DNA of 64,000 nucleotides, taken from positions 1,728,001 to 1,792,000 of the forward strand of contig CAWGAA010000001.1 in assembly GCA_963820525.1 (NCBI GenBank), written 5' to 3'. The notes below the pieces were generated by a model. That model was not told where the DNA came from, made no database searches, and saw nothing but the letters and a program-made list of their open reading frames with translations. Made by a program: the position numbers and the translations under genes. Shown piece after piece: positions 61,155 to 64,000 of the stretch (its first letter is position 1; each line of letters begins with the position of its first letter). The DNA is from an uncultured Spirochaetota bacterium. Lineage in GTDB: Bacteria > Spirochaetota > Spirochaetia > SZUA-6 > Fen-1364.

Positions 61155-62195
61155 ATGTATCGCAGGTACCTGGTCCGCCGGATAGCCAACGGCCTCGTCA
61201 TCTACGTCGTTCTCATGGCCCTGTTCTCGCTCCTCTTCAACACGACGAATGAAGCCACGGCCAAGGCCCAGATCGAGGAGTCCATCCGCGCGGAGGTGGG
61301 AACGCTTCGAAACATGAGCGCGGAGCAGGTCCAGAAGTACGTGGCGGACCGGCGCGCCTTCAAATACCACGTCTATCACCTGGACAGGCCGTTTCTGGAG
61401 CGCGTGTTCTGGAGGACCGTGGACACCATAACGCTCAACTACGGGCAGTCCACAATCATCAGAAGCTCGCAGGGCGACCGGGAGGTTTGGAAGATCATCC
61501 TGGAGGTCACGCCGCGCACAGTCCTTCTCTTCACCACGGCCATCGTCTTCGAGATCGGCTTCGGGCTCTGGCTGGGCCTCAGAAAGGCCCAGCGGGCGGG
61601 GGGGGTTCTGGACAGATCCACCGACGTCATGACCATGGTGGTCTACGGCATGCCCACGTGGTGGGTGGGGATGCTCCTGATCATGCTCTTCGCCTACATC
61701 GTTCCCATCTTCCCCTCGGGGGGACTGCACGCGCTTCCGCCCCCCCAGGGCTTGGCGGGCCTCCTCGACCTTCTCTACCACATGTCGCTGCCGCTTCTCA
61801 CGCTTCTCCTCGTCGGGTTCTGGGGGGTGGCGCTCCTCACGCGCAACATCGTGCTGGGAATTCTCCAGGAGGACTACATCATGGCGGCGCGGGCGCGGGG
61901 TCTTCCCGAGAGGAGCATCCTCTTCGGCCACACCATGCGCACGGCCGCTCCTCCCATCACGACGATCGCCCTGCTCTCCCTGCTCGCCTCCGTGTCCGGC
62001 AACATCATCTTCGAGGGCATCTACAGCTGGCCCGGAATGGGGAACCTCTACTGGATAGCCGTGGAGCAAAACGACATTCCCGTGCTGATGGGCCTCCTTT
62101 CCGTCACCACGGGGCTTTACGTGGCGGGGCTCGTGGCCCTCGACCTCATCTACGGCCTCCTGGATCCCCGCATCAAGGTGGGAGGCGCCTCATGA
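61155..62195 (+). CDS. OppB/DppB-type permease
   Basis: EDYIMAARARGL, WPGMG, LDPRI. Confidence 0.92.
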   Translation: MYRRYLVRRIANGLVIYVVLMALFSLLFNTTNEATAKAQIEESIRAEVGTLRNMSAEQVQKYVADRRAFKYHVYHLDRPFLERVFWRTVDTITLNYGQSTIIRSSQGDREVWKIILEVTPRTVLLFTTAIVFEIGFGLWLGLRKAQRAGGVLDRSTDVMTMVVYGMPTWWVGMLLIMLFAYIVPIFPSGGLHALPPPQGLAGLLDLLYHMSLPLLTLLLVGFWGVALLTRNIVLGILQEDYIMAARARGLPERSILFGHTMRTAAPPITTIALLSLLASVSGNIIFEGIYSWPGMGNLYWIAVEQNDIPVLMGLLSVTTGLYVAGLVALDLIYGLLDPRIKVGGAS

Positions 62196-63595
62196 TGGCG
62201 GAAGACCTGCGCTCCCGGCTTTCCGAGTTCTGGAGCGAGTTCAGCAAGAAGGCATCGGGGATCGTCGGTCTGGTCTTGCTGGCTCTCTTTCTGGCGGGAG
62301 TGATCTTCGAGGGGTCTCTCATCCCGTTCCCCAGGACCAATTCGAAGTGGAACGACATCACCTACTGGGACGACAACCCCAAGAGCGCTCCGCCCGCGTG
62401 GACGAACCTGTTCAGCAGGGAGAAGTCCGCGATCACCGAGGTGGTCCGGAAAAGCACGCTCACGGAGCAGCGGTCGGACACGGTGAAGCTTCTCACCCGG
62501 AGCTTCACATACACCTTCACGTACGACCTTCCCCCGTTGGACGTGATCATGCACTTCACCGGCACGGGCAATATCCCCCTCGTCGTGAGCGTCCAGAGGC
62601 CTGACGGCCGTGAAATCACTCTCTATCAGGAGCAGGCTACCGCGGGTCAGAGCCAGGATGTGCGAATCTCGCTCGCCAGAAACTCATCCGACGCCTTGTT
62701 CGCCTTCGTCCAGGGCTTCGAGAGCCAGGGAACGCTTTCGACGGCGGATGTCGATCAGCTGAAGCCGGCCACTCTCCTCTTCGCCAAAGCGCAGGCCGGA
62801 ATGCTGGAGGATCCCCAGCCCCTTCAGGGCGCCTACGTCTTTACGCTTGCCACGCTCATCCTCGACGCGAGCGACAAGGTGGAGAATCCCTTCATGGTGG
62901 TATCCGGCAGGGTCTCGGGAATCCTCGGAACCGACACGTCGAAGCGCGACATCTGGAGCGGCCTGATCGCCGGGATCAAGTGGGCGCTGCTCATCGGGCT
63001 TCTCACCTCCTTCGTGGCCGTGGCTGTGGGCGTGGTGTACGGGATAACAAGCGCCTACTTCGGAGGCGTCACGGACGCGCTCATGCAGAGAATCTTCGAG
63101 GTGTTCGTCAACATGCCCCTCCTGCCCATCATCATCGTGCTGAGCGCCGTGTTCAAGCCGAGCATCTGGTTCATGATTCTCATGATGAGTGCGTTCTTCT
63201 GGGTGGGGCCCGTGAAGACGGTCCGCTCCATGGCCTTGCAGATAAAAGAAGAGACCTATATCGAGGCTTCCCGGGCCCTTGGGGCGGGAAACGCGAGGAT
63301 CATCTTCCGCCACATGGTGCCCCTCCTGGTGCCGTACTCCTTCGCCTCAATGGCGCTCTCCGTGCCGAGCGCCGTTGTCTACGAGGCCTCGGTGAGCCTC
63401 CTGGGCCTCGGCGACGCTACCATCGTCACCTGGGGCCAGATCCTGCACGACGCTTTCACGGGCGGGGCCGTGCTGAACGGGCTGTGGTGGTGGGTCGTGC
63501 CGCCGGGAATCCTCATCGCGGCAATGGGCATGACCTTCTCCTTCATCGGGTTCGCCCTGGACACGATCCTGCACCCGAAGCTGAGGACGCGCTGA
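62192..63595 (+). CDS. OppC/DppC-type permease with a large inserted extracytoplasmic domain
   Basis: LGTD...RDIW, YIEASRALGA, WWWVVPPG. Confidence 0.9.
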   Translation: MMAEDLRSRLSEFWSEFSKKASGIVGLVLLALFLAGVIFEGSLIPFPRTNSKWNDITYWDDNPKSAPPAWTNLFSREKSAITEVVRKSTLTEQRSDTVKLLTRSFTYTFTYDLPPLDVIMHFTGTGNIPLVVSVQRPDGREITLYQEQATAGQSQDVRISLARNSSDALFAFVQGFESQGTLSTADVDQLKPATLLFAKAQAGMLEDPQPLQGAYVFTLATLILDASDKVENPFMVVSGRVSGILGTDTSKRDIWSGLIAGIKWALLIGLLTSFVAVAVGVVYGITSAYFGGVTDALMQRIFEVFVNMPLLPIIIVLSAVFKPSIWFMILMMSAFFWVGPVKTVRSMALQIKEETYIEASRALGAGNARIIFRHMVPLLVPYSFASMALSVPSAVVYEASVSLLGLGDATIVTWGQILHDAFTGGAVLNGLWWWVVPPGILIAAMGMTFSFIGFALDTILHPKLRTR

Positions 63596-64000
63596 TGGAG
63601 CCCGTGATAGACGTCAAGGACCTGGCGCTCTACTACTTCACCAGCAAGGGCCCCGTGCGCGCCGTGGACGGGGTGAGCTTCAGCCTCCTGCCCGGCGAGA
63701 CGCTGGGAATCGTCGGAGAGTCGGGTTGCGGAAAAACCACGCTGGGAGCGGCCCTGCTGAACATGCCTGCGCCTCCCGGCCGCATCATTTCGGGAAGCAT
63801 CCTGATGGACGGCATGGATATAGCCCGGCTTTCCGAAAAGGATCTTCGCCGGGCGGTCCGCTGGGAGAAGATCTCCATGGTGTTTCAGGGCGCCATGAGC
63901 TGCCTGACCCCCGTCTACACGGTGGGAAGGCAGATGATCGAGACCCTGCAGAAGCACCGAAAGATGGAGAAGCGCGAAGCCGAGGAGAGGATCGCCAGGT
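63595..64000 (+). CDS. OppD/DppD-type ABC ATPase (truncated by window end)
   Basis: Manual translation MEPVIDVKDL...AVDGVSF...GESGCGKT...MVFQ. Confidence 0.92.
   Translation, partial: MEPVIDVKDLALYYFTSKGPVRAVDGVSFSLLPGETLGIVGESGCGKTTLGAALLNMPAPPGRIISGSILMDGMDIARLSEKDLRRAVRWEKISMVFQGAMSCLTPVYTVGRQMIETLQKHRKMEKREAEERIAR

Overview
GC-rich bacterial DNA; gene content and lipoprotein types suggest an uncultured Spirochaetota, though this is inferred. Roughly 1.7-17.3 kb is a mosaic of intact genes and gene fragments: two different penicillin-acylase tails, Lnt, adenylate cyclase and DUF799 pieces, a nonsense-interrupted CsgG-family gene, and an IS91-type transposase split around ~3 kb of cargo. 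The rest is mostly intact. It holds (i) NrpR + NuoE/NuoF/NuoG-like (HydCBA-type) genes + a stand-alone FMN glutamate-synthase-family gene, preceded by a tandem GGCW-N6-TGCC operator pair; (ii) a cadherin-like repeat lipoprotein; (iii) the best candidate for an undescribed system, in which an unknown ~175-aa domain occurs once fused to HU and once stand-alone, divergently, heading an operon of metallophosphoesterase, membrane Ser/Thr kinase, polytopic membrane-FHA and vWA-TM-FHA genes; (iv) a SigK/RskA-type ECF module with two matching promoters; (v) an arabinan utilisation locus; (vi) aspS; (vii) a family-5 ABC transporter. Several single-base lesions suggest sequence errors. No rRNA, tRNA or CRISPR array was seen. 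All family assignments are from motif recognition by eye; no searches were run.
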